From positions 1 through 64,000 of the IMG/VR virus record IMGVR_UViG_3300032516_000011: a stretch of 64,000 bases of DNA, one strand, 5' to 3'. Each line of letters begins with the position of its first letter. Within the stretch, counting starts at the first letter, position 1. A program made the translations under genes and the position numbers. The notes under the pieces are model-generated. The model made no database searches, was not told the DNA's origin, and saw only the letters and a program-made list of their open reading frames with translations. The stretch is from a virus. Positions 1-9,502 of the stretch are shown in pieces.

Positions 1-174
1 TTGGAACGAAAAGATAATCAAAACAATGATGATTGGATGATTTTTGCATTAGAAAATATTGCAAAACGTTCGGCCTTTGAAAAAGAAGGTAGAAACCCAA
101 CGTTGGATGAACTACTTTATAATCAAACAGAAGATGAGATGTTAACAATTAACGAACTTTTGGAAAATGAATAA
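1..174 (+). CDS. 3' end of upstream hypothetical protein (partial)
   Basis: Frame 1 is open from the window edge (LERKDNQ...LLENE) to TAA 172-174, overlapping the next ATG (TAATG). Confidence 0.7.
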   Translation: MERKDNQNNDDWMIFALENIAKRSAFEKEGRNPTLDELLYNQTEDEMLTINELLENE

Positions 175-1019
175 TGGCACTAAATTTACCGATAGCAATA
201 AAGAAAGTTTTTCTTTCATTTGTTCAACAATGGTTTGCAACGCAAGATTCTCGTTTAGTTTGGAATGTAGATAAAAGGCTAACAAAAATTTTTATTGGGG
301 ATAAGTTTATTGCGGCCCCCGAAGTTGTGGAAAAAATGCCCTCAATAATTTTATCAAGAGGACAAATGGTATGGGCGCAAACCGCCATAGACCAAATGCA
401 GCAAACCGATCTTCCAATGGGACCCTCGAACAAACGAAGAACGGACCTGGTCAGAGCCAGTGTAACTTTTCAATGCCTGTCACAGAACGGCATTGAAGCT
501 GAAACGATAGCAAATACTTTATTTTTAAATTTTGTTGGGTACAAAGACCAGTTGAGGTCAAACGGTATCCATCAAATTATGGGTGTGTCGATGGGCGAAG
601 AACAGCTCGTTCGAAGTGATGTAGTTCCAAGACTTGTAGCGGTCCCAGTGAACGTGGTATTTACTACGCAGGCAAGCATTGCGACTTCACAAGATTTATA
701 TGCTATACAAGTTGTTGTTATTAGTGGAGTATATACTCCCTATATGGAAGATGGTCCATACGGACATGTGTATCAAGACTGGTTCTCTTACTATATTTCA
801 GGTAGTGCACTGTTATTTAGTACGCCACCTCCGTCTGGTGCCGTACTTAGCGTCGGCTATACCGGTAAATATACATTGCAACAATATACAAATCTCACCC
901 CTGCAGGAATCGCAGACGGTGTTAATATGAAATTTAGTTTACCAGAAGACGTATATTCTATATATAATAATTATTCAGGACTTGTAATTGATCCCTATAC
1001 AATATTATTATCCTCATGA
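174..1019 (+). CDS. Putative neck/tail-completion (tail terminator-like) virion protein
   Basis: 281 aa upstream of sheath/tube; P-x-I-I-L-S-R-G and beta-rich pattern resemble tail terminator proteins; positional inference. Confidence 0.5.
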   Translation: MALNLPIAIKKVFLSFVQQWFATQDSRLVWNVDKRLTKIFIGDKFIAAPEVVEKMPSIILSRGQMVWAQTAIDQMQQTDLPMGPSNKRRTDLVRASVTFQCLSQNGIEAETIANTLFLNFVGYKDQLRSNGIHQIMGVSMGEEQLVRSDVVPRLVAVPVNVVFTTQASIATSQDLYAIQVVVISGVYTPYMEDGPYGHVYQDWFSYYISGSALLFSTPPPSGAVLSVGYTGKYTLQQYTNLTPAGIADGVNMKFSLPEDVYSIYNNYSGLVIDPYTILLSS

Positions 1020-1951
1020 TACCAAAATCATTTTCTAATGAAATAGAAAAAATAGCGTTTCTTGCAACACTTGGAAAATTCTTTGCTAAAAATGTTCCGA
1101 GTATGTTAGAATCATTACGCGGTGCCGAAATGCTGAAAGGTGTCGTTGGCGCTCAAGCGGCTGGTATATCCAAAGCTAAGATGGTAGGCGGATTGCTTGG
1201 AACAGTAGGTGGAGCGTATGCAGGCTCTGATGTTGGTAATACGCCAGAAGCAAAACATAGAAATACTATAGCCGGAGGTATAATTGGCGGTGTTGCTGGT
1301 GCTATTGGGCTTGGAAAAATAGTGCCGAAAGTACAAGCTGCTGCAACTTCGACCGCAAAAGATGTTGCCACACTAGGAAAATTTATGCAGCAACCTGGTG
1401 CTAATATATCAAAGACCGTAGACTTTGCAGCAAAAAAGTTTGGACCACAATTTGCATCTGCTGGTAAAAATGCTCCAACTACAAAAACTTTTTTTGGACT
1501 TGGTAAAGAAACAAAAGCTATAGGCATGCAAACTGCAAAACCATCTGCTATAGGTGGTGCTATTGGTGAGTTGGCTGAAAGTATGAAAACTATAAAAGAT
1601 GCCCCAAACTTTGCTTCAGGGGTGGGAAAAGTTTTAAAACAAAATTGGGAACAGGCTAAGTCTTTTACTAAAGATGTAGGTGGTAAAACTTATAAGTTCC
1701 AACGTTCGGGTATTGGAAAAGTAGTAAACCCAGCATTAACATCTGGGCTTGGCTTTGGCGCGCTTGAGGCTGCTACTATGAAAAATGAAGATGGTTCCAA
1801 ACCAACAATGAGTAAACGTTTACTACATGGCGGTACAACCGCACTAACATGGGGAGCAGCGCCCAAATTAATGTTCGGAAAGACGCTGGCTTATGATATC
1901 CCCAAAACCTTAATTGGTATGAAGAAGCAAAAAGAAATACCAACACAATAA
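1016..1951 (+). CDS. Gly/Ala/Lys-rich putative virion protein with glycine-zipper hydrophobic segments
   Basis: 311 aa; GGLLGTVGGAYAG and GGIIGGVAGAIG zippers; N-terminal F-S-N-E-I-E-K-I-A. Confidence 0.5.
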   Translation: MIPKSFSNEIEKIAFLATLGKFFAKNVPSMLESLRGAEMLKGVVGAQAAGISKAKMVGGLLGTVGGAYAGSDVGNTPEAKHRNTIAGGIIGGVAGAIGLGKIVPKVQAAATSTAKDVATLGKFMQQPGANISKTVDFAAKKFGPQFASAGKNAPTTKTFFGLGKETKAIGMQTAKPSAIGGAIGELAESMKTIKDAPNFASGVGKVLKQNWEQAKSFTKDVGGKTYKFQRSGIGKVVNPALTSGLGFGALEAATMKNEDGSKPTMSKRLLHGGTTALTWGAAPKLMFGKTLAYDIPKTLIGMKKQKEIPTQ

Positions 1952-1967
1952 TATAGGAGTACTCCAA

Positions 1968-3620
1968 ATGGCATATGTAAAACCAGGCGTAGAAATTACC
2001 CAAGTACAACGAAGCTTTTCACCGAGCCTTATCGCTCCAGACCTAGGTGCTGTGATAGTGGCCCCGGCTTATTTCGTCGTACCCTTGGAAGGTGATGGAA
2101 GCTACGCTTATTCACCAACAAAAACATTCAGTAACGTAGCAAGTACCGTGGTTACACTTTCCGGATTAACTTCTGGTATGGTACTTGATAAAGACACTGT
2201 TTATGTGGACCTCGTCAAAAGTACTGGTCTAACAACAGGACGCATTCACCTCGATACCAACCAACTGAGCGGTATTACAGACGGTGGTACTACAGTAACA
2301 ATACCTTCAGGTGTAGCAACATCTGCATGGAATGGTGCTGATATTAGAATTGGATATCGTGCACTCAGAAAAGATATAACCGGATTTTTTACATTTGAAG
2401 CCGTCGATAAATTAGATAGTGTATTTGGTGGGGGTCAAGTAGTTTATGACAATCCCTTACCATTTGCACTTATGCAGGCTTTAAATAATACTGCCTCACA
2501 GGTATATGGCTATGCAATTCGATACGATGAGTATGCGAGTTTAGCAGGATCAGGTACCGCGGATACAGAACACGCGGCAGCTAGAAGTTGGCTTGAAAAT
2601 AATGAGGTGTATGCAATCGCCCCTTATACAACAAGCAACTCTATTATCGCAGCCTGGACAGTTCATGCTAATGCCATGTCCGTACCAACGGAAAAGCACG
2701 AGCGAATTATCGTAGCGTCTCCAGAAATTCAGTTTTACGACGTTAATGGAAATACAACTACAACTTCCGTCTCAGCCGATAAAGGATATACAGCACGATT
2801 CTTACGCGATGCAGCAGTGGCTGTTCTTGATAAGAGAACCTTTTATGTACGTCCAGATATCTGCTATTTTAATGTAGGTCAGGTTCAAGTACAAAAACTA
2901 AAGCCAGAACTACAGACTGCAACTTATGAATTAGGATACACGGCTGGAGATACAATCTACGCAAAGTTAGCGGGATCCACATCATTAGTACTTAGTACCG
3001 GTGCTACACAATTCTATTCAGCCGGAACAGATATCACGCCAACTGTTTATGCAAATCTAAAAGATGCGACAAACGCATATAAATTCGACGCCTTAGTGCC
3101 AACACCAGGCTATTTCTTGGCAGCAGCGGTTGTCGGACAAATATCTGGCCAACCTCCGGAACAAGGGCATACCAATCTTCCGATTGCGGGGCCAACAGCA
3201 CTGAAGTTCTCCACCGATTTCTTCAGCGAATCAAATTTAAACATAGTTGCCGAAGGCGGTAATTATATAATGACAAATGTTGCTGGAACAGTTGCTTCAC
3301 GGCATCAGCTTTCGACAAATATGAATTCCGTTGAACAGCGGGAACTTAGCATTACGAAGACAGTAGATTATACTGCCAAATATATTCGTAAAGCTTTGGT
3401 CGGGTTCATCGGTCGTTCATTAATTACACCTTCGTTCTTAACAATTGTTGGAGCGATAATTAATGGGCTTGGATTAACTCTTGTTAAGGAAGGCCATATC
3501 AACGCCTTTACACTTAATGGAGTTAAGCAGGATGAAGTACAGAAGGACGTTGTAAGAGTGTCCCTCGCAATTAAACCGATGTATCCTGTGAATTACATCA
3601 AAGTAGACCTGATATTCTAA
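1968..3620 (+). CDS. Contractile tail sheath protein
   Basis: N-terminal Y-x-x-P-G-V-x-I; C-terminal P-M-Y-P-V-N-Y-I-x-V typical of sheaths; AGGAG SD. Confidence 0.9.
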   Translation: MAYVKPGVEITQVQRSFSPSLIAPDLGAVIVAPAYFVVPLEGDGSYAYSPTKTFSNVASTVVTLSGLTSGMVLDKDTVYVDLVKSTGLTTGRIHLDTNQLSGITDGGTTVTIPSGVATSAWNGADIRIGYRALRKDITGFFTFEAVDKLDSVFGGGQVVYDNPLPFALMQALNNTASQVYGYAIRYDEYASLAGSGTADTEHAAARSWLENNEVYAIAPYTTSNSIIAAWTVHANAMSVPTEKHERIIVASPEIQFYDVNGNTTTTSVSADKGYTARFLRDAAVAVLDKRTFYVRPDICYFNVGQVQVQKLKPELQTATYELGYTAGDTIYAKLAGSTSLVLSTGATQFYSAGTDITPTVYANLKDATNAYKFDALVPTPGYFLAAAVVGQISGQPPEQGHTNLPIAGPTALKFSTDFFSESNLNIVAEGGNYIMTNVAGTVASRHQLSTNMNSVEQRELSITKTVDYTAKYIRKALVGFIGRSLITPSFLTIVGAIINGLGLTLVKEGHINAFTLNGVKQDEVQKDVVRVSLAIKPMYPVNYIKVDLIF

Positions 3621-3634
3621 GGAGAAAATAAAAT

Positions 3635-4279
3635 ATGTCAATTACATGGGATTTTAGAAACTCGCACGTAGACCCAGCCGCTTTAAATGAGGGCGGGAAC
3701 CCATCAGGTCCTAGGGGGAACTATATATCATCCGAATCTATACTTCTTGCTGCTGGACCTGGTACGTTGTCAGAAGCAACTGCATCAGCTCTCGATTTAG
3801 TACCGATCGGGGTATGCGATTCAGTTCAGATTCTTCAAAATAAAGGGGTCATCCAGTTATACGAAATAGGCTCACGCTTACCGTATATTATACCTGGACG
3901 TCCTATTATACAATTCCAGATTTCGCGTATTCTTTTCAACGGCGATTCCTTACTTGGAGCGCTTACAAAAAGAAGCACTGCAGATCCGGATTCATTTGCA
4001 CAAAATGTTATTGGAAAACCTGGAACAGATTTTACTCCTGCAGGTGGACAAACAAGTGGGGCATTCTATCTCAATCTTGCATCTCATTACTTTAATCAGC
4101 CAACTGGTTTGGCGATATTCTTTAAAGATTCTGAGGCGGAATGGGTGGGCGCATACTATGCAGAAAACTGTGTGGTACAAAATCATTCAATGGCTATACA
4201 GGGGCAAAATATGGTGGTTATGGAGAACGCGTCGATTCGTTGCACGGGCTTTGTACCATTAGAAAATCCTCCAGCTTAA
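3635..4279 (+). CDS. Tail tube protein
   Basis: Directly after sheath; IG...Q...YEIGS...Y-I-I-PG motif of large-phage tube proteins; AGGAG SD. Confidence 0.8.
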   Translation: MSITWDFRNSHVDPAALNEGGNPSGPRGNYISSESILLAAGPGTLSEATASALDLVPIGVCDSVQILQNKGVIQLYEIGSRLPYIIPGRPIIQFQISRILFNGDSLLGALTKRSTADPDSFAQNVIGKPGTDFTPAGGQTSGAFYLNLASHYFNQPTGLAIFFKDSEAEWVGAYYAENCVVQNHSMAIQGQNMVVMENASIRCTGFVPLENPPA

Positions 4280-4289
4280 TCGTTAAGGT

Positions 4290-4336
4290 AAAAAAAATAA
4301 GGCCTGAGTTATTTCAACTCGGGCCTTTTTTCTTTT
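4290..4336. terminator. Bidirectional intrinsic terminator
   Basis: A-tract, AAGGCCTGAGTT-ATTTC-AACTCGGGCCTT stem-loop, T-tract, at the convergence of + and - blocks. Confidence 0.85.
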
Positions 4337-4878
4337 AGTTCGTCCCACCCTGAAACTAATTCATGCGGATGTGCTTGTTTGATTGCCCCTGGTATGGTAC
4401 TCATCAATATTGTAATACACTGCGGTGCAAACCTACGTGCATCATTAATATAATATGGATTATCATCAATTAAATAGTCTATATGTAAATCGGCAATAAT
4501 CATCCCTTTTGTAGAAGTGTGATCAGCAAAATAAAGCGGTATATCACCGTATCCTATACGTTTTAATGAGTATATAGTATCAGTTCGAAATTCCTTTGGA
4601 CGTGCAGTAATAAATACAATGGAATGTTTATTGGACAGGCTAAGTAAACCATCTTTTGCACCTGGCATAAAGTCAAGAAATACAAAGCCTCCTTGATTTC
4701 CAAACTCTAATATGTTTTTTTCTCCGGTTCCTTGAGGTACTAATCCACACCCTTCGACAGACCAATCATCTATCAAATCTGTTCGGACTATTTTACGCCC
4801 ATACTTTTTATTTAAAAATACAAAGTAGGGGTCAACAAAATTAAATACTACTTCATCTAAATCTATTCCCCAAGTCAT
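4309..4878 (-). CDS. HAD-family 5'(3')-deoxyribonucleotidase
   Basis: DLDEV motif I, ITAR motif II, LIDD motif IV. Confidence 0.8.
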   Translation of the reverse strand: MTWGIDLDEVVFNFVDPYFVFLNKKYGRKIVRTDLIDDWSVEGCGLVPQGTGEKNILEFGNQGGFVFLDFMPGAKDGLLSLSNKHSIVFITARPKEFRTDTIYSLKRIGYGDIPLYFADHTSTKGMIIADLHIDYLIDDNPYYINDARRFAPQCITILMSTIPGAIKQAHPHELVSGWDELKEKRPELK

Positions 4879-5495
4879 AATTTCAACATCTCCATTAGTA
4901 TAACACCAGCCTCTGCATCAGTTGTATCAGTTGTATCAATTAAAAAATCACACTTCCGATGACGTATAATTTCTTCTACTTCAATTTCTGAAGCATGGCG
5001 TAATACACTGGAGTCTATATTACCGTACAGCGAAGTAATACGTCGCCACTGAATATCCAAATCCGTTACAACCGCAACACTAGTCCAATTATGTGCTTTA
5101 AAATAATCAAATTCATTTAAAAAGCGTACGTCATCGATGCATACATTTTCATAAAGAGAGGCACGATGGGCCGCAACTTGTATCCAGATATCATCCGCTA
5201 TACGTTTGCGTGCGCCATCCGTGCCTATAAACTGTAGTCTTTTTCTTGGCTTTGGATCTTCGCGCGGAATCTTCTTTGCCTCTTCGATGATTTTACAGAA
5301 CATAGCTTTTTGCATAGGATCGAGAATCTCCAGGTGTTTATTTACTATTTCAGTTGGAGGTAATATTTCGATATCCGCCTCTATCTCTTTTATAGGATCG
5401 GCTAAACCGATTTTTTTAAAATGATGGTAGGTGACTAAATGTTTCGCTAATGCGGTTTTACCAGTAGCCATTTTACCAGTTATAATAATTTTCAT
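4875..5495 (-). CDS. Deoxynucleoside monophosphate kinase
   Basis: P-loop GKMATGKT; LADPIK, RKRLQFIGT, DVRFLNE and HASE motifs of phage dNMP kinases. Confidence 0.85.
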   Translation of the reverse strand: MKIIITGKMATGKTALAKHLVTYHHFKKIGLADPIKEIEADIEILPPTEIVNKHLEILDPMQKAMFCKIIEEAKKIPREDPKPRKRLQFIGTDGARKRIADDIWIQVAAHRASLYENVCIDDVRFLNEFDYFKAHNWTSVAVVTDLDIQWRRITSLYGNIDSSVLRHASEIEVEEIIRHRKCDFLIDTTDTTDAEAGVILMEMLKL

Positions 5496-7295
5496 CTACT
5501 TACTCCAACAGGTACTAATCTTACCCTCTACTTCTACAGGTACATTAAACATATATTCCTTAGCTGCTCCAAGCATATCGTTTGTTATGATTTTATAGAC
5601 TTCGTCCGCGATGTCTTTATGTGTTCGTACGATGATTTCATCATGCACAGTCCCAACAATGGCAGCGTCTTTATTTGTAATATGCTCTCTAATTCTAATT
5701 AATGCCCGTTTTGTGATAGTAGCATTTCCAGCCTGCATAGGAAAATTCATACACATATTTCTAACGCGTGCGTGTTCTTTTGGATTATCTAGATCGAACC
5801 CATCTAACCAACGTAAACGATTATCGTATGGGCAACGCACACTTCCAGCAGTCATGCTTTTATCTACATGCATATCGAAAAATCTTTTGATATTGGGGAA
5901 ATTTTTCCAAAAATTCGCTACCAAAATTCGAGCTTTGTCATAGGTTAATCCTGTTTCACGTGCTAATTTCTTCGGGCCCATTCCATATCCAATTCCGAAA
6001 TTTAATGATTTGGCTGACTGTCGAAGAGAATAGTTTTCTCCGGGGTCGTCAGGTCCGTTAGTGCCAGGCTTTCTTATAGGCACCCCATATAAAATAGATC
6101 CGTTGATAGCGTGAAGATCACCCTTATCCTCAAACACTTTAATCCATTTTGGTTCTTGGGATAGGTCTGCTAAAATACGAAGTTCCATGCCTGAGTAATC
6201 CACCGTTATTAATCGATAGTTGGGATCTCCGGAAGTAAATGATTCTCTATAAACTTTTTCTCTTGGTAAGTTTTGCATGTTGGGATTAGCGCTAGAGAAG
6301 CGGCCAGTATCTGTATACATCTGACTAAAATCTGAATGGATACGGCCAGTAACAGGATTTACACAATCTAAGAATGCTGCGCCATAGGTACTTATACGCT
6401 TTTCTTTTTCTCTATAAGCTAATAAAGCTTTAATAGCAGGGTGGTCTATTTCTTTCAACGCAGCCTCTGCAGTGGACATCAAACTCGCCGCGGGTTTACC
6501 AACAACGGCTTTAAGTGCGGGTAATAATTGTTTAGGACTGTTATAATTAAGATTACAAACGCCAAACATGTCTACCCCATATATAGGAGTGAAAAATTTA
6601 TTTAATTCTTCCATAGATACCGCACGTGCTGCTTTTGCTTCTTCTTCAGCTTTAAGCCACATAGTTTTATCTACGTACATCCCAGCTAGTTCCATATCTC
6701 CCACTGCTGGAATAACGTCCATCTCAACTGCGGAAACTTTTTCAAGTCCGTGTTTACGTATATATTTTAATTGTTCTTCTCGTAATTGGTGTAAATAGGC
6801 AACATCCATAGCAGAATAATAGAGCTGTTCTTCGCTAAAGGAATCTCCATAAGACATTTTTATAAATGTCTTTCGTATCTCTTTATTCATAACTATGCCA
6901 AGATACTTATCCGCCACATCATCCAAACCAAAGCCTTGAAGTTTACGTCCTTTTAATAAAAGCATTTCTGCGATCATAGTATCGAATAGTGGTTCAACAG
7001 TGATACCAAAGGATTTTTTAAAAAACTTGTAATCAAATTTAGCATTATGAAGTATCTTCGTAATGCTCTGATTAGATAGGATATCTAGGAGAGGTACTAA
7101 ATGAGTATCTAAACGTGCTACATCAAAAACAAATTGATGCTCTGCATTACCGGCACTTATTAATAGAATTTTATTTGTTATGGGATCTGTACCGGTTGTT
7201 TCAGTATCTACGGCTATAGATTTAAAAGAGACAAGTATTTGTAAAGCTTTATTATATTCGTCTCCGGGTGCATCAATGAACTTCCATGTCGACAT
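5496..7295 (-). CDS. polA: Family A DNA polymerase (3'-5' exonuclease + polymerase, no 5' nuclease)
   Basis: Exo motifs DTETTG and HNAKFD; motif A DYSGMELR, motif B RQSAKSLNFGIGYG, motif C VHDE. Confidence 0.95.
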   Translation of the reverse strand: MSTWKFIDAPGDEYNKALQILVSFKSIAVDTETTGTDPITNKILLISAGNAEHQFVFDVARLDTHLVPLLDILSNQSITKILHNAKFDYKFFKKSFGITVEPLFDTMIAEMLLLKGRKLQGFGLDDVADKYLGIVMNKEIRKTFIKMSYGDSFSEEQLYYSAMDVAYLHQLREEQLKYIRKHGLEKVSAVEMDVIPAVGDMELAGMYVDKTMWLKAEEEAKAARAVSMEELNKFFTPIYGVDMFGVCNLNYNSPKQLLPALKAVVGKPAASLMSTAEAALKEIDHPAIKALLAYREKEKRISTYGAAFLDCVNPVTGRIHSDFSQMYTDTGRFSSANPNMQNLPREKVYRESFTSGDPNYRLITVDYSGMELRILADLSQEPKWIKVFEDKGDLHAINGSILYGVPIRKPGTNGPDDPGENYSLRQSAKSLNFGIGYGMGPKKLARETGLTYDKARILVANFWKNFPNIKRFFDMHVDKSMTAGSVRCPYDNRLRWLDGFDLDNPKEHARVRNMCMNFPMQAGNATITKRALIRIREHITNKDAAIVGTVHDEIIVRTHKDIADEVYKIITNDMLGAAKEYMFNVPVEVEGKISTCWSK

Positions 7296-7337
7296 ATATT
7301 ATGTATTATTTTACGTCGCTTAGTGGCGCGACGAGAT

Positions 7338-8105
7338 TTAATCCTTGATATTATCTAATCGTTTACGACGATCCAATCTTCTCAAAGTTTTCAAGGCGCG
7401 CATCTTTATTTGACGTACACGCTCTCGAGTTAGGTCGAGCTTTTCTCCAACCTCTTCCAAGGTGTATGACCGCTCGTGGTCTATTCCATATAACATTTTT
7501 AGTATGATTACTTCACGTTTTTCTAAATGATTTAACACCATTCCCAATTCTTGTTTAAATGCTTCTTGTAAAAGCAAATGGTCGGGAGCGGGGGTCTCTG
7601 AATTAACTAAAGTATCTATTAATAATAAGGATCGCTCACCATCTCCAGATGTTGGGGTGTGGTAGCTGATACTATATTGGTTATAGACTTCGTCAGAATT
7701 TAATTTCATTTCGTGAAAAATCTCTTGTTCCGAAGGTTCTCTCTGCAATGATTGAGATAATCCGGCCTTTGTTTTTTTAACTTGTTCTAAAATATTCACG
7801 CGATTGGCAGGTAAACGAATATGTCTATTGTGTTCGCCAAGACTCTGTAATATGGATTGTTTGATCCACCAACTGGCATAAGTTAAAAATTTGGTGCCAA
7901 GTTTTGGATCGAAACGTTCCATAGCCTTCAATAATCCTATAAACCCTTCTTGCATTAAATCGTCTAAGGGCATTCCCTGTTTTTGATATTGTCGGGCTAT
8001 CCCAGCAACAAATCGTGTATTTATTTTTATTAAAATGGTTTTGGCAGCCTCACTCCCAGCATGGGCTCTGACTGCCAATTCCGTTTGATCAATTGGTATA
8101 TCCAT
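7338..8105 (-). CDS. RpoD/RpoS-family sigma-70 factor (regions 2-4)
   Basis: DLMQEGFIGL, FDP..GTKFLTYASWWIKQ, TLEEVG...LTRERVRQI. Confidence 0.92.
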   Translation of the reverse strand: MDIPIDQTELAVRAHAGSEAAKTILIKINTRFVAGIARQYQKQGMPLDDLMQEGFIGLLKAMERFDPKLGTKFLTYASWWIKQSILQSLGEHNRHIRLPANRVNILEQVKKTKAGLSQSLQREPSEQEIFHEMKLNSDEVYNQYSISYHTPTSGDGERSLLLIDTLVNSETPAPDHLLLQEAFKQELGMVLNHLEKREVIILKMLYGIDHERSYTLEEVGEKLDLTRERVRQIKMRALKTLRRLDRRKRLDNIKD

Positions 8106-8111
8106 GTATTC

Positions 8112-8846
8112 TTAATTTACCTCGGCGGCGTTTTGTAGGACATCGACGACATAGTTTATATTTTGTGGAACTATGCCCTTATGATATTGTTTCATTGTGT
8201 TTGCTGGACCTTGTTGGTACGCTGAAATACCGTACCGAATATTTCCATTAAACATATCTGTGTAATCTCGAAGAATTTTGGCGCTGGCCATACCATTTTC
8301 AACTGGGTCCATGAGTCGTTTTTCAGTCATCTTTGGATCATAGTGTAGCTGTGCAGTTTTTAAATGTATTTGTCCGAGCCCAAATGCTTTGTATGTATTA
8401 CGAATAATCTTACCGTGCTTATCTAGTTTTCCGTCTCCTCGAGCAGTTGGATTTACTTCGCTTTCTCGCATCCATAGCCCATAGAGTATATTCCATCTCA
8501 CCTTATAAAGAGTTCCAGCTTCTTTAGCTATGGCACAATAAAAATGTTTTTTAGTCGACGCTCTAAGAGAATCTGTCATAACTACGGAAGTGCCTATGAA
8601 CTGTGCATATATTAGTAAAGATTTGATATCAGGCTGCGCGTCATAGAAATTTTTTGCTTCTTCTAAAGTCGTCGGAACTATACTAACTGTCGGCACTACC
8701 ACGATGACTGGCGGTAAAGGTGCTGTGGTACTTAGCATATAAATACACATAATGCCCATTACTAAAGCAACTACCAGGTATACTGTATTCGGTTGAACAG
8801 GATGTAAGACATAACTACGCATTTTTTTTATAAGTTTATTTAACAT
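8112..8846 (-). CDS. Lytic transglycosylase (SLT) with N-terminal membrane anchor
   Basis: RES catalytic Glu, GLGQI and AYQQG motifs; hydrophobic N-terminal helix. Confidence 0.8.
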   Translation of the reverse strand: MLNKLIKKMRSYVLHPVQPNTVYLVVALVMGIMCIYMLSTTAPLPPVIVVVPTVSIVPTTLEEAKNFYDAQPDIKSLLIYAQFIGTSVVMTDSLRASTKKHFYCAIAKEAGTLYKVRWNILYGLWMRESEVNPTARGDGKLDKHGKIIRNTYKAFGLGQIHLKTAQLHYDPKMTEKRLMDPVENGMASAKILRDYTDMFNGNIRYGISAYQQGPANTMKQYHKGIVPQNINYVVDVLQNAAEVN

Positions 8847-9111
8847 ACGGCCTCCCTTTCTTATACCGTATTGTGAGCCATACCCCTACTCCTCCCCCAA
8901 ATGCGTATGCTAACCCATTTCTCCAAAAGGACAATCCTTCAGAAGGAAGTAAATAGTGCCAAACAGTTGCGGCTGTAACGGTCATAATAACAGATAAAAA
9001 TCCAGCCCATAGCGCACGTTTTTCAATAATGGCTATAGCTTGCCAAGTAATTAATAGGTCTTGTAGTAGACCAATTAAAAAATATAAAAGCACACTCTCT
9101 ACAAGACCCAT
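8836..9111 (-). CDS. Small three-helix membrane protein (DUF5698-like)
   Basis: Hydrophobic segments; AYAFGGGVG motif. Confidence 0.55.
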   Translation of the reverse strand: MGLVESVLLYFLIGLLQDLLITWQAIAIIEKRALWAGFLSVIMTVTAATVWHYLLPSEGLSFWRNGLAYAFGGGVGVWLTIRYKKGRPYVK

Positions 9112-9114
9112 GAA

Positions 9115-9420
9115 TTATTCCTCAATTGGTATATAGTTATGAAATACAATTCCTATTCCGGTGAATGCTATAGACCTTACTCTATAAATGGTTACATCTG
9201 TTTCCATCTTTTCTTTCATGTCGAGCAGGAAAAATAGATTGGGAACATTTGTATCAATCGGGATATCGATTTTATTATCGCCCATCGCTATTCCTGGAAC
9301 AAACATTTTATTCATCCATACCATGTGTCTGGTATTTGGATCCGCTGTAAACTCATACGCGTACCCTCCAGTGATCATGGATCGTTTCAAATCCTCGAAC
9401 TTTAGATTGATTACATTCAT
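9115..9420 (-). CDS. Hypothetical protein
   Basis: 101-aa ORF in the operon, downstream of the promoter at 9474-9502. Confidence 0.6.
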   Translation of the reverse strand: MNVINLKFEDLKRSMITGGYAYEFTADPNTRHMVWMNKMFVPGIAMGDNKIDIPIDTNVPNLFFLLDMKEKMETDVTIYRVRSIAFTGIGIVFHNYIPIEE

Positions 9421-9473
9421 TTTTTATTTCATATTTCTTTGAAATTTTTGGAAAAAATTTGTTCACATACAGT

Positions 9474-9502
9474 ATTGTACTAAATTCCCCTATCAATATC
9501 AA
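9474..9502 (-). promoter_or_regulatory. Sigma-70 promoter
   Basis: TTGATA-N17-TACAAT on the minus strand. Confidence 0.65.
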
